The notes: generated by a model not told the origin, from the sequence alone. A DNA stretch of 64,000 nt from Acidobacteriaceae bacterium (GCA_036521315.1 DATDHZ010000080.1:116756-180755); one strand, 5' to 3'; shown: positions 17,777-28,162, counted from the stretch's first letter. Numbers and translations: made by a program.

Positions 17777-20335
17777 TCACCGGGTGCGGAAGGCAACAGT
17801 CAGGGAGTGGCGGGAGTAAGCGGAGCCTGACGGAGAAACGGGCGCGCTCGCAGGTGCGAAGGTGACGCGGTACCAATCGGGACTGATACGCGTGGCGGAG
17901 CCGCCGCGCACATCGGCGATGATCCAGGGGCTCTCGATTTCAACCGACGACTGATCGGCGGAAGCTATGTCGGCGGCGAGGGTGAGCGAAGAGCCGTCGA
18001 GATGGAGCGCGGTCAGCTTGAGGCCGCGGGAACCGTCCCCGCGTGCGGGCATGACGGTGGGTATGCGAACACCCACGCCTCCGGAGTAGGAGATGCGGAT
18101 GTGGGCGGAGCCGGTGGGGAGATCGAAGGCGACACGAGCGTGTTGATCTTGCGCGTGCTGTTCGAGGATGGCGGGGGCAGAGCAGCCATCGATCAGAGCA
18201 TGGATGTTCGTCGCCCCCAGGAGAATTTCGGGAGCGAAAACGACGTGAACCGGGCCGGATTGAGCGGTGAAGACGGCGTCGGTCTCACCGGGATGCTGAT
18301 CGATGGTGACGGCGACCTGCGCGGGGCCGACCGGCATTTGCGCGAGGGAGATGTGCTCCCATCGCGGATCGAGATGGGGAGCAAGGGTCAATGTGTGCTG
18401 AGCGGCATCCACTTCGAGACCGAAGAGACCGCGGATCGCAGCGTGGAGAAAGCCGGCAGAGGACCAGGATTGTTCCGGCACCGATTCGATTTGCGGCTGG
18501 AAGCTGTCGCCATCGGAGAGCTCATGCAGGTGGCCGGGAGAATCCAATTGTAACCATGGCAGGAGCGAATCGAAAATCGGCAGAGCGATGGCCGGCCGGT
18601 GAGCGCGCAAGAATGCCACGGCATTGTCGGCTGTAAGCAACGGGGAGACGCTGCCCGCCCCGTAGGAACGGGGATCGTAACGCGGTGAGGAAGAAGCGAG
18701 GCCGCGCGTGCCCCAGTCGGTTTCGAACGCAAAACCAGCGAGGCGATCGAGCGCGGCGTTTTCACGATCCGAACTGAGCAGGTCATTGCCGAGCAGATCG
18801 GGATGGGCGCGCTCGTCGGTGATGGGAGCGCCGCTCTCTGTATAGCCAGCGATCCAGAAATGCTTTTGCTGGTTCCAGTAGCGGGCAGCGAAGGCGCGGC
18901 GCGCGGCTTCGGCAGGAGCGGCCGCGGCGCCGGACTCATCGGGGTGGCCGGCGGCGAGGGCGAGCGTGCGGTAGGCCGACGAAGCGGCGACCCATGCGGC
19001 CGAAAAGCTCACGTCTTCGCTCATACGGTCCTGCTCGTTTCCGCCTTCTTTGTCAGCGGGAATTTTTGGCAATGCCGTTTTCGGATCGATGAGCGAGCAG
19101 GCGTACTTCCAGGCGGCGGCGATCTGCTGCCAGTGGTCGCGGAGGAATGGGCCGTCGCCCGTGGCGGCGAAGTAGTCGGCGAGCGTGGAGAGAAACGCGT
19201 AGGTGATGTCGACGTGGACGTACATGTAGGGATATTTGTTGGCCCAGTCGAGAAAGCCGGCGCTCTGCGAGATTTCGTGCCAGATCATGCCGTTGGCGGG
19301 GTTCTGGTAGCGAAGGATGAAGTTGAGCTCGTCGCGTGCACGGGCGATGTCGCCGGTGGCGAGCAGGGCTTCCACGGCGACGAGACCGTCTCCGGCAAAG
19401 AACCAGTCATATTGCGGGCGGCGCTCGGGGCGCGAGGGGCCGTAGCCGGCAACTTCGCCGCAGCCGATGCGCGGATTGCAGACCCAGGCCTGATCGAGTG
19501 CGAGGCGAGACCAGGTGAGGGCGCGGTTGAGAGTATCGTCGGGGGTTTGGATTTGCAGGCCGGCAGCGAGGAGTTGCGTGACGTGGGAGCGGTATTCGGC
19601 GCGGAGTTGCGCCTCGTCCCGCTCGAGGGGCAGGAGCGCAGAACCTTCGGGAGACGGCTTGCTTTCGAGCGCGGCGAAGAGCACGGCGTGGCCGTGGGAG
19701 GGGCGCAACACCATGGACTGCGTGAGGTCCTTGCGAAGAGTGGCGTTGACGACGGATGTGTGGGTGGCGACCTGCGGTGATGCGATCACGGCACGGAATC
19801 CGGTGGTGGCTTCGGAGATGACGTAGCCGTGGAGCTCGTCGCTCCAGCGCAGATCCTGGCCGCCGAGGGCCCCCGGCCACATGAGGTCAAGGACAGGCAG
19901 AAAGGTGACACGGAGATCGATCGGATGCGCGCTCTGCACGTCCCAGTAAAGGATGACGGCGGGTCGATTGAGCGGAACAAAGAGGCGCTCGCGAATTTTG
20001 TAACCGTTGCCGTCATAAATGCGGGCGATTTCGTCAGGGTGGTATTCGATGCGGCGAAGGAGCGGGGCAGCATCGACCGGGGCGGAGGAATCGGCGGGGA
20101 CAATTTGCAGCCGCAGATGCGTGAAGAGCTGGAAAGGGTAGGCCCAGGCTTCGAGACCGTAGCCGGTGTAGCCCATCAAGACGGCGGCCTGGCCGTGCGC
20201 GGCGGCGAAGCGGGGCTGCGTGGAGACATCGGCCGTGAGGCTGAGGGAGTTGGCGAAATCCTGCGCGCAGACGGGAAGAGCCAGGGCCGTGACAGCGAGA
20301 AGCGCGAGAGCCGAGCGGACCAACGCAGCGATCAC
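17777..20335 (-). CDS. Secreted (alpha/alpha)6-barrel protein, amylo-alpha-1,6-glucosidase / glycogen-debranching (GDE_C, COG3408)-like.
   Basis: Signal peptide MIAALVRSALALLAVTALALPVCAQ. Core YDWFFAGDGLVAVEALLATGDIARARDELNFILRYQNPANGMIWHEISQSA. Paralogous to the next gene upstream. Confidence 0.6.
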   Translation of the reverse strand: MIAALVRSALALLAVTALALPVCAQDFANSLSLTADVSTQPRFAAAHGQAAVLMGYTGYGLEAWAYPFQLFTHLRLQIVPADSSAPVDAAPLLRRIEYHPDEIARIYDGNGYKIRERLFVPLNRPAVILYWDVQSAHPIDLRVTFLPVLDLMWPGALGGQDLRWSDELHGYVISEATTGFRAVIASPQVATHTSVVNATLRKDLTQSMVLRPSHGHAVLFAALESKPSPEGSALLPLERDEAQLRAEYRSHVTQLLAAGLQIQTPDDTLNRALTWSRLALDQAWVCNPRIGCGEVAGYGPSRPERRPQYDWFFAGDGLVAVEALLATGDIARARDELNFILRYQNPANGMIWHEISQSAGFLDWANKYPYMYVHVDITYAFLSTLADYFAATGDGPFLRDHWQQIAAAWKYACSLIDPKTALPKIPADKEGGNEQDRMSEDVSFSAAWVAASSAYRTLALAAGHPDESGAAAAPAEAARRAFAARYWNQQKHFWIAGYTESGAPITDERAHPDLLGNDLLSSDRENAALDRLAGFAFETDWGTRGLASSSPRYDPRSYGAGSVSPLLTADNAVAFLRAHRPAIALPIFDSLLPWLQLDSPGHLHELSDGDSFQPQIESVPEQSWSSAGFLHAAIRGLFGLEVDAAQHTLTLAPHLDPRWEHISLAQMPVGPAQVAVTIDQHPGETDAVFTAQSGPVHVVFAPEILLGATNIHALIDGCSAPAILEQHAQDQHARVAFDLPTGSAHIRISYSGGVGVRIPTVMPARGDGSRGLKLTALHLDGSSLTLAADIASADQSSVEIESPWIIADVRGGSATRISPDWYRVTFAPASAPVSPSGSAYSRHSLTVAFRTR

Positions 20336-20361
20336 TCCATTCTCGATGACGAGTTTCTCAG

Positions 20362-22920
20362 CTACCAGGACAAGGTTACCGTTTTTTCCACGAAACCGGG
20401 GGCGGCCGGAAACTGCACAGTGAGTGTGCGGAGACCATTGGCGACATCGCCCAGTTGGGCGTCATGCGCGGCGAGATGCGGCAGGATGAGGTTTTCGCGA
20501 ATCGAGAGCACTTGCGTAGAACCGCCGGGAGCGGCAAGCTTGAGCGCGAGGGAGTGGTTTGTCGCGTCATCGGAGACGACTTTGAGCTGATGGGTCTCGG
20601 CGCCCGGGGCGGGCAATTCTGCGGCGATGGCCGCTTCGACGGCGGGGAGAGGGATGTGGAGCGCGCCATCCCCCACAACGGCTCCAGGCGCGGCGGAAAC
20701 AAGACGCAGGGAAGTGTCGCTGGATTGGACGAGCAATTCCCTGCCCTCGCGGCGGAAGGTGAGGTCAAGCGTGTGGCCGCCGAATGGGATGCGGCGGACG
20801 ACAGCACGGTCCCAGGTGGCGGGAAGATGCGGCGTGACGGAGAGCGTGTGCGCGGGGTCGTCCCATGAAAGGCCGAAGAGGCCGCGCAAAATGGGTGAGA
20901 TGACCATGGCCGAGGACCAGAGCTGGTGCGCAGTGCTGCGGCCGAGGACCTGGTAGAACTTGCCGGAGAGGAGTTCGGTGACGCTGCCTGGATCCTGGGG
21001 CCACGTCAGCTCCGCGTTCTGCATCAGGTGAGAGTACGCGGAGAGCGGGTGACCAGCGCGGTATTCGGCGAGCGAAACCCATCCGGTGAAGAGCGGCCAA
21101 ACCGTGCCCTGGTGATAGCTGATGGGATCGTAGAACGAGGTTTGGTCGCTCAGGTCGCGCGTGCCCCAGTCCGTGGAGAACTCGTTCGTGGCCCAGCGCT
21201 CGAGCATGAATTCAGGATGGGCAAGCTGGAAGTCGCCATCCCACCAGGCGACGGAGGGAAAGATCGTGGCAGTGGTGTCGCGCTGGCCGGCGTTCCAGCT
21301 GAATGCATAGTTTTGCTGTTCGGGCAGGTAGTATTCCTGCTCGATGAGAGGCACGATGCGCTGGGCACGCTGCGATGCTGCCGTAGCCAGATCGGCGTGG
21401 CCGGCAGCGGACGCGAGATGCGCAAAGGCGAGGCTGGCCTGCTCATCGAGGGCGGCGAGATAGATTTCCTGACGGGGCATGGAGGGAATCCAGGATTCGA
21501 CCCAGCCGGAACCCTCAGCGTTGTCGTAGATGCCGTCGCCGTCGGTGTCGTGGGAAGTTTCGAAGGTCCAGGCTCGTTGCAGGCTGGGCCAGATCGACGA
21601 GACGAAAGCCGCATCGCCGCTGATGCGCAGATAGTCATTCGCTGCCATGAGAAAGAGGGGCGTGGAGTCCGCGGCAGCCCACTCATAGGGTAGCGAGGCC
21701 CAGTCCACCAGACTCGCGGTCTGCGACCACTCATGCATGATCTTGCCATCGGCGCGCTGATGGTCAATGAGGAACTGCATCTCCTGCTTCGTGGTTTCGA
21801 AGTCGCCGTAGCTGTTGACGGCGTAGAGGGTCCAGAGCGCATCGCGGCCGAAAAACCATCCGAAGCCGGGGCGTGCGGCATCACCGGACCCATAGAAACC
21901 GGCGGTGAGCGCCTGATGGCCGGAGCCGATGGGAGTTTCGACGCGGAGCTGATCAATCGCGGTCTCCGCCCAGGAGAATGCGTCGTTGAGGCGCGCGTCC
22001 GGCGTTTCGATGGAGGTATGCCGGGCGAGGAAGTCGCGATAGTGCGACTGATTCGCGGTGAAGATGGACTGCGCCTGGCTGTCGAGTTGCGCGAGGCTTG
22101 CGGCGAGAGCGGATTTGGTGGCGGTCTCGGGAGAATCGGCGAAAGTGGTCAGGAGTGGATAGACCTTGCCCGCATCCTGCTTTGGATCGAAGTGCAGGAC
22201 AAACTGGAGTGGCCAGGAGGCGGCGCGTTCCTGATATGGCGGAAGAATGCCGGACTTCGCCGTTGGGAGCGCCAGCGCGGCGGCGTGATCGGGCGTATTG
22301 AGATGCAGGATGTAGAAGCCGGAACCGCGGGGCGATTCGACCCACTCGGGCGAGGGGCGATCGGGCGACTCGGCAGGCCACATGCGCTGCATATCAGGAT
22401 GAAAGCTGAAGGTGACGTCCATGGGTCGGACGGCTGCGAAGGAGAAAAAGATCAGCGCCCCCGGGTTGCCGGACTTCGGGGCGAGCATGATCTGGCGAAT
22501 GGTGAAGTTGGCGTGCGAGTACGTGATCGTCGTCTCGTCGGGCTGCACGTCGATGGAGGCGGCGTGGGGATTGACTTCGATGGGGACGGCGTAGTCCTGC
22601 ATGGAAACGGAAAGCCGCAGGTCGCTGAAGATCTTCCATGGGAAGAGCCACACTTCGCAGGAGCCGTCCTGCTGGCCGAGGACAGCACCGCGCGGGCCGA
22701 CGACAGAGAATGGCAACTGCGGCACTGCGTCGCGGTGGATGGCTGGCATATCATGCGCAGCGACGGGGAAGGCAGAGACCGGAGACAGATCGGTCTGACC
22801 GCGAGCGGAACTGGCTGCCGCGACCAGGCAAAGCAGCGCGAGTTCCGGAACGAGGGTGCGAGTCAGCAAGGTACCAACCTCCGCGCGGCGCGGGAACCGC
22901 TGCCCTGGATTGAAAAGCAT
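20362..22920 (-). CDS. Second secreted GDE_C/COG3408-like (alpha/alpha)6 glycosidase paralogue.
   Basis: FGWFFGRDALWTLYAVNSYGDFETTKQEMQFLIDHQRADGKIMHEWSQTA parallels the neighbour. ATG 22920 (MLFNPGQ..., followed by a signal-like LALLCLVAAASSARGQ) is preferred over ORF-track start 23154, which would overlap the receptor gene. Confidence 0.6.
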   Translation of the reverse strand: MLFNPGQRFPRRAEVGTLLTRTLVPELALLCLVAAASSARGQTDLSPVSAFPVAAHDMPAIHRDAVPQLPFSVVGPRGAVLGQQDGSCEVWLFPWKIFSDLRLSVSMQDYAVPIEVNPHAASIDVQPDETTITYSHANFTIRQIMLAPKSGNPGALIFFSFAAVRPMDVTFSFHPDMQRMWPAESPDRPSPEWVESPRGSGFYILHLNTPDHAAALALPTAKSGILPPYQERAASWPLQFVLHFDPKQDAGKVYPLLTTFADSPETATKSALAASLAQLDSQAQSIFTANQSHYRDFLARHTSIETPDARLNDAFSWAETAIDQLRVETPIGSGHQALTAGFYGSGDAARPGFGWFFGRDALWTLYAVNSYGDFETTKQEMQFLIDHQRADGKIMHEWSQTASLVDWASLPYEWAAADSTPLFLMAANDYLRISGDAAFVSSIWPSLQRAWTFETSHDTDGDGIYDNAEGSGWVESWIPSMPRQEIYLAALDEQASLAFAHLASAAGHADLATAASQRAQRIVPLIEQEYYLPEQQNYAFSWNAGQRDTTATIFPSVAWWDGDFQLAHPEFMLERWATNEFSTDWGTRDLSDQTSFYDPISYHQGTVWPLFTGWVSLAEYRAGHPLSAYSHLMQNAELTWPQDPGSVTELLSGKFYQVLGRSTAHQLWSSAMVISPILRGLFGLSWDDPAHTLSVTPHLPATWDRAVVRRIPFGGHTLDLTFRREGRELLVQSSDTSLRLVSAAPGAVVGDGALHIPLPAVEAAIAAELPAPGAETHQLKVVSDDATNHSLALKLAAPGGSTQVLSIRENLILPHLAAHDAQLGDVANGLRTLTVQFPAAPGFVEKTVTLSW

Positions 22921-23068
22921 GCCGCGGAAAATTCGGCAGACACCCCGCGAATCGACGCTCTGGCAACGAAGGCGATGTTGGCGGTCACGCGAAACCCAGC
23001 CGGCACAGGATTTCGGGAACGACGCGGGGATGACACAGTTTTCTGCCATCCCCGGGAGGGATTGCGGT

Positions 23069-26000
23069 TCAGAACTGGAACCGGCCGGCAAACTGCAGGC
23101 GGCGCAGCGAAGTGCCGTCCTGCTCGGAAACCGTGCCCTGGATATAACCGGCATTGGTGCCGATGCAATCCACGCAAGGCGATGGCTCCGAGTAATTCAC
23201 GTGGTTGAAAACGTTGTAGGCCTGGACGATGAGCTGCATCTTGAGGCCCTCGTGAATGGTGAAGTTCTTGGCGAGGGTAGAGTCGACGTTGAAGAGGCTG
23301 GGACCCCATAGCGAGTCGCGGCCGAGATTACCCCACGTGCCAACGTCAGGGCGAGCGAAAGGACCGAAGCTGTCGCCGTTCGCGGTGAACGGATACGGCG
23401 ATGTGGCCAGGTACGGCACGCGCAGGGCGATGGGATCGAACTTACCCTTGTGGATGCCCCATCCATGGCCAGGCACTTTATTGACGAAGGAGGGCCCGCA
23501 GCCATCACGCGCCGCGACGTCGTTGTCGAGAGCGATTTCGTTGTAGCACGGCGTGAAGGGCAAGCCGCCGTCAAGCGTGAGGTTGGCGTTGAGCTGGAAT
23601 CCTCCGATGATTTCGTTCATCCAGCCCGGCACGTTGGAAGCGACGAGCTTGTCGCGTCCGAATGGCAGGTCGTAATTGCCGGCAAAGACCCATGCCTGGC
23701 GGCGATTGTAGTAGCTGTTGCCGCGGCCGATGCGCGGGTTGATGAGGAACTCATACGACTCATGGTCGATGTCGTGGGACCAGGTGTAGTGGGTGAGAAA
23801 CTGGAGACCGTTTTGGTAGCGCTTTTTCAGGATGATCTGCAACGCGTTGTAACTGCCGGTCGCTTCGTTGTAGTTGTCGGAAAGATCCTGGGTAAAGCCA
23901 AACGCGTAACCATTGTGGACGCCGAGCTTCTGAGCATCGCCGTTGTTGTAAGGACGGCGATCGTCGTAGGTGTAATCGACGCCCGTGGCAGGGTTGATCT
24001 GATCGAAGCCGGCGACAGTGGCTTCATTGGCGTTGTACTGGTTCGAGGAATCGAACATGTTGTGGTAAGCCTCACTGCCCACATAGGCGACCTGCAGCGC
24101 AAGGCTGTTGGTCAACTGCTGCTCCACGGTGAGGTTCCATCCTTCCACGGTTGGCAGCCGCAGCGTCCGCGGACGCGCGGTTTGCGAAACACCGATGGGT
24201 AGCGGATAGATGCCGTTGCTGGGGATCGGGGAAAACGTATAGCCGGGCGGACCTGCAGCCACGCCATCCTCGGTGGTACTGAGGTTGAAAGCGGCACCGT
24301 ACTCGCTGGCGGGGTTGAGGTTTTGCTCGACCTGGAGCGGATAGGAGCCGGTCAGCACCTCGCCGAAGGTGTTGCCCGCCCATCCCTGGCCGTAGACGAT
24401 GCCGTAGCCGGCGCGCACGACGGTTTTGGGCATCACCTGCCACGCAACGCCGAGACGGGGGGCAAATTCGCGAGGATTGTTCTTTACGTTCAGGGCGTTA
24501 TTCACGCTGCCGTAACCGGCGATGAGGATGTAGCCGGCATCGAGATCGAGCAGGCCGCCTTCGCCTTTGGCCGTCACGGACTCCGGCGTGTAGAGTTCCC
24601 AGCGCAGGCCGTAGTCGAGGGTGACATTGCGAGTGACGCGCCACTGATCCTGCGCGTAGGCGAAGAGGCGGTTCTGGCGGGTCTGGCCGATGACGGTGGT
24701 GCTTTGATTCACGGTGCGCTGGAAACCAGACACATCGCCGAGCATGAAGGTCGCAAAGCCGAGGCCCGCTGAGGACCCGCCCGCGGTCCGAGCGCCGGCG
24801 AAGTCATACGTGCCGGAGCGCAGGACGTTGCCGCTGCCGCTCAGAGAGAGCGAATTGTTCTTGCCGAAGCGGTAGTCCACGCCGAACTTGATGTTGTGGT
24901 TGCCCATTTCGTGGGACCAGTTGTTCACGATCTGGTACTGCGCGGTCTGCTGCAGGTTCGCCTGCGCGGACGTGCCGTATTCGATGTTGGCGCCGTTGTT
25001 CGCGCCGTTGGGCGGAATCTGGATATTGAACTGCGGGAGGCCGCCGGTGAGCGAGAGCGGCGCGGGGTTCCCATTGGGGATGCCGAGATTCGTGCCCAGC
25101 GGCTGGGTCGCGTCCGGTCCCGCCGTATTGTTGTAGATCTGGTAGTAGCCGAAGCGGAAGTCGGTGAGCCACTTCACCGAGAGCACGTAATCGCCGCCCG
25201 AAGCGAGGCTGTTGTAGTGGAAGGCATCGGTGCCGGCAAAACCGCCGGATCCATAGCCGGCGCCGCCCGCCGCGCCGAAGTATGGCGCGCCCGAGAGATT
25301 GCCGCTGAACCACGTGTAGCGGCCGAAAAGATGGAGCTTCTCGGTCGGCTTCCAGTCGATGCGGGCATCGGGTTGGTCGGTGTTGAAGATGCCGAAGCCG
25401 GTAGCAGCAAAGTTGTTGATGATGGAGGTGCTGCTGGTCGGCTTGGGCAGAAGCTTGAAGAAGTTCTCCGCGGCCGTGGAGAGGTCGGCTGCCGGAATGA
25501 TGTTGCCGGCGAAGGGGGCACGGCCGGCGTCGCTCGTGTCCATGAGGCTCGTGGGCTGATAAGCCTGAAGACCGCTGGCCAGGTAATCGCTGAGATTGCA
25601 GTCGCCGCCTGAGCTGCACGTGGTTTCAGCCAGCAGAGTGGGAACGGTGGTGAGCGTGGAAGAACCGGTTTTTTCGCGCAGACCCTGGTAGTCGCCGAAG
25701 AAAAAGAGCTTGTCTTTGCGGATCGGGCCTCCGATGGATCCGCCGAACTGATTGTGCAGCGTGGACGGCAGTGTGGTGTTGGGCGGCGCATTGGCAAACG
25801 GATCGCGGGCCTGCTGCGCGTCGGAGCGGCGGTACTCGAACGCGGTCCCGTGGAAGTCGTTGCTGCCGGAGCGCGTTTGCGCGGTGACGAGGCCGGCGAC
25901 GGCCTTTCCGAATTCGGCGTCGTAGTTCTGCGCCGTGACTTTCATTTCGGAGACGGCGTCAAGATTGGGGTTGATGACCGCGACGCCGTTGAGAGGATCC

Positions 26001-26647
26001 TGATTGTCGGTACCGTCGAGCTCATAGCCTGTGGCGAACGGAAGCTGACCGTCGACCTCGATGGATTCGCTGCGCTGCGGGTTGCCGCTGCCTTCACCGG
26101 GTCCCCAGCCGATGTAGGTGGTGCCGGGGGTGAGCAGCTCAAAGGCGGTGAAGTTGCGATTCATGTTCGGGAGGTTTTCGACGGCGCGTTCATTCAGAAT
26201 GGTGGAGACGTCGGCGCGGTCGGTCTGCAGGAGAGTGGTTCCACCCTGGACGGTCACGGTTTCCGCGGTCGAGCCGACGGCCAGTGCGAGGTTCACTTCC
26301 GGAGCGGTATCGGCGAAGACGGTAACCGGCTCGATGGTCTCTTTCGTGAACCCCTTCGCGTCGGCCTGGACGCGATAGGTATCGGGGATGAGATGCTGAA
26401 CGCGATACTCGCCGCTGGCGTTCGTCTGCGTTGTCTGGACTGTCGCCTTGGTGATGTCGATGACCGTGACCGTGGCGTTGGGGATGACGGCGTTGGATTT
26501 ATCGGTAACCGTGCCGTAGACCGACCCATAGACTGCCTGGGCGTTGGCCGCGGGTATCGTCACCCAAGCGAAGGCCAACAAGGCAGCGAACGCGAGGAAA
26601 AGGCGAAACATTCCGGATGAGAATCCGGATCCGGATGTATGGCGCAT
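23069..26647 (-). CDS. TonB-dependent outer-membrane receptor with an N-terminal carboxypeptidase-regulatory-like domain.
   Basis: Signal peptide, then AVYGSVYGTVTDKSNAVIPNATVTVIDITKATVQTTQTNASGEYRV (CarboxypepD_reg), a plug region, and a long beta-barrel ending in the aromatic residue of ...LQFAGRFQF. AGGAGGAGC lies upstream of ATG 26647. Confidence 0.85.
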   Translation of the reverse strand: MRHTSGSGFSSGMFRLFLAFAALLAFAWVTIPAANAQAVYGSVYGTVTDKSNAVIPNATVTVIDITKATVQTTQTNASGEYRVQHLIPDTYRVQADAKGFTKETIEPVTVFADTAPEVNLALAVGSTAETVTVQGGTTLLQTDRADVSTILNERAVENLPNMNRNFTAFELLTPGTTYIGWGPGEGSGNPQRSESIEVDGQLPFATGYELDGTDNQDPLNGVAVINPNLDAVSEMKVTAQNYDAEFGKAVAGLVTAQTRSGSNDFHGTAFEYRRSDAQQARDPFANAPPNTTLPSTLHNQFGGSIGGPIRKDKLFFFGDYQGLREKTGSSTLTTVPTLLAETTCSSGGDCNLSDYLASGLQAYQPTSLMDTSDAGRAPFAGNIIPAADLSTAAENFFKLLPKPTSSTSIINNFAATGFGIFNTDQPDARIDWKPTEKLHLFGRYTWFSGNLSGAPYFGAAGGAGYGSGGFAGTDAFHYNSLASGGDYVLSVKWLTDFRFGYYQIYNNTAGPDATQPLGTNLGIPNGNPAPLSLTGGLPQFNIQIPPNGANNGANIEYGTSAQANLQQTAQYQIVNNWSHEMGNHNIKFGVDYRFGKNNSLSLSGSGNVLRSGTYDFAGARTAGGSSAGLGFATFMLGDVSGFQRTVNQSTTVIGQTRQNRLFAYAQDQWRVTRNVTLDYGLRWELYTPESVTAKGEGGLLDLDAGYILIAGYGSVNNALNVKNNPREFAPRLGVAWQVMPKTVVRAGYGIVYGQGWAGNTFGEVLTGSYPLQVEQNLNPASEYGAAFNLSTTEDGVAAGPPGYTFSPIPSNGIYPLPIGVSQTARPRTLRLPTVEGWNLTVEQQLTNSLALQVAYVGSEAYHNMFDSSNQYNANEATVAGFDQINPATGVDYTYDDRRPYNNGDAQKLGVHNGYAFGFTQDLSDNYNEATGSYNALQIILKKRYQNGLQFLTHYTWSHDIDHESYEFLINPRIGRGNSYYNRRQAWVFAGNYDLPFGRDKLVASNVPGWMNEIIGGFQLNANLTLDGGLPFTPCYNEIALDNDVAARDGCGPSFVNKVPGHGWGIHKGKFDPIALRVPYLATSPYPFTANGDSFGPFARPDVGTWGNLGRDSLWGPSLFNVDSTLAKNFTIHEGLKMQLIVQAYNVFNHVNYSEPSPCVDCIGTNAGYIQGTVSEQDGTSLRRLQFAGRFQF

Positions 26648-26878
26648 CGTGCTCCTCCTGAGAAATCCATTGGCTGGCGTCCAGCACTCCGGCGCCAGGC
26701 TTTGTGATTCGGGAGATGCTTGTTGTCTTTGCTCCCTGTGGTTTACCAGCGATTGTGATGCAGATCGCCGCGCACCGGGCAACAGCGCGGCCACGGCCTG
26801 ACACAGATCGCATCACAGCCGCTAAGTATTCGCGTCGAAATGTAGCGCTTACAAGGTTTTTTACGGTCAATTTGACGG

Positions 26879-28162
26879 GTGAAATGCCGTGTGACATACT
26901 CGCCACGGATTCAAATGGCGGTCAGTCATCCAGTTACCAATGTCGGTGTGCCCAGTGTTGCGGATGAACGATGGGCCCTGGTAACCCGGATCGCAGCGAG
27001 TCAACACCTCAAGACCTCTCCGCGCCTGCGGGAATTCCTGTTTTACATAGCGAGATGTGCGATTCGGGAGGCTCCGGAAGAGGCGACGGAGCAACAGATC
27101 GGCATTCGCGTCTTCGGCCGGCCAGCGGGATACAACTCCAGCGAAGACAGCATCGTTCGCACCCATGCGCGGCTGCTGCGGCAAAAGCTCGCGGCGTATT
27201 TCAGCGAGGAGGGCGCGCAGGAGACCGTCATCCTCGAAGTGCCGAAGGGGCATTATCTTCCGATTTTTCATGCGCGCGAGGGGCCGCGAGCTCCCGAGCC
27301 CGTCGCTGTCATCGTGCCGCATGGCGTGGAGAGGACCCAGGAAGACGAGGGGTTCGCGCCGACGCGACCCTGGAAGCTGTGGATTGCGCTGGGCACGGCG
27401 ATCCTCGCCGCGCTGCTGCTGGGTGCAGCCGTCGTGTCGCACCCATGGAGAAGGGCGACTCCGCAGCCAACGGCGGTCGATCTCTTCTGGCGTCCATTTC
27501 TGAACAGCGACCCGCCGCTCGTGATTTACAGCAACGCTCTCTTTGAGGGGAGTTCGACACAGGGATTGCGCTACGCGCCGCCGGAAACGGTGCGTCGGGC
27601 AAACGGTGACGGGTATGTGGATACCTACACCGGCATCGGCGAGCTGGCATCGGTCTACACACTGACGCGGCTGTTCGATTCGCACCATGCAACGTTCTTG
27701 TTGAAGCGCAGCCTTCTGGTGACGTGGGACGAGGCGCAACTGCGGAACCTGATCTTCATCGGATCGCGCGCGGAGAACCCTTCGCTGCGCGTGTTGCAGC
27801 CGACCTCGGACTTCACCATGGTGGCGGGGCCGGATTCGGCGGGAGTGGTGAACGTGCATCCTTTACAGGGGGAGCAGGCGGTGTATTCCAGGCCGGAGCG
27901 TCCGCTGACGACCGACTACGCGATCCTTGCGCTGCAACCGGGCGTGCAGGCGGGGCGCCAGATGCTGGAGTTCAGCGGGCTGACGACGTTCGGTACGCAG
28001 GCGGCAGTCGATTTCGTGTGCAGCCCGGACACGATGGGGCCCCTGCTGAAGAAGATCACCGGACCCAAAGGCGAGATTCGGCCCTTTGAAGCTGTGCTGC
28101 AGACGACGATCGGCGGCGGCGTGCCGCTGCAGACGCGGCTGGTGACGATTCGGGTCCACTGA
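26879..28162 (+). CDS. Membrane-anchored one-component regulator: N-terminal OmpR/CadC-like winged-helix, one TM helix, and a periplasmic domain I do not recognise.
   Basis: SPRLREFLFYIARCAI...EQQIGIRVFGRPAGYNSSEDSIVRTHARLLRQKLAAYFSEEGAQETVILEVPKGHYLPIF resembles the recognition helix/wing of Trans_reg_C. The TM helix is LWIALGTAILAALLLGAAVV. About 240 C-terminal residues have no recognisable motif. Confidence 0.5.
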   Translation: MKCRVTYSPRIQMAVSHPVTNVGVPSVADERWALVTRIAASQHLKTSPRLREFLFYIARCAIREAPEEATEQQIGIRVFGRPAGYNSSEDSIVRTHARLLRQKLAAYFSEEGAQETVILEVPKGHYLPIFHAREGPRAPEPVAVIVPHGVERTQEDEGFAPTRPWKLWIALGTAILAALLLGAAVVSHPWRRATPQPTAVDLFWRPFLNSDPPLVIYSNALFEGSSTQGLRYAPPETVRRANGDGYVDTYTGIGELASVYTLTRLFDSHHATFLLKRSLLVTWDEAQLRNLIFIGSRAENPSLRVLQPTSDFTMVAGPDSAGVVNVHPLQGEQAVYSRPERPLTTDYAILALQPGVQAGRQMLEFSGLTTFGTQAAVDFVCSPDTMGPLLKKITGPKGEIRPFEAVLQTTIGGGVPLQTRLVTIRVH

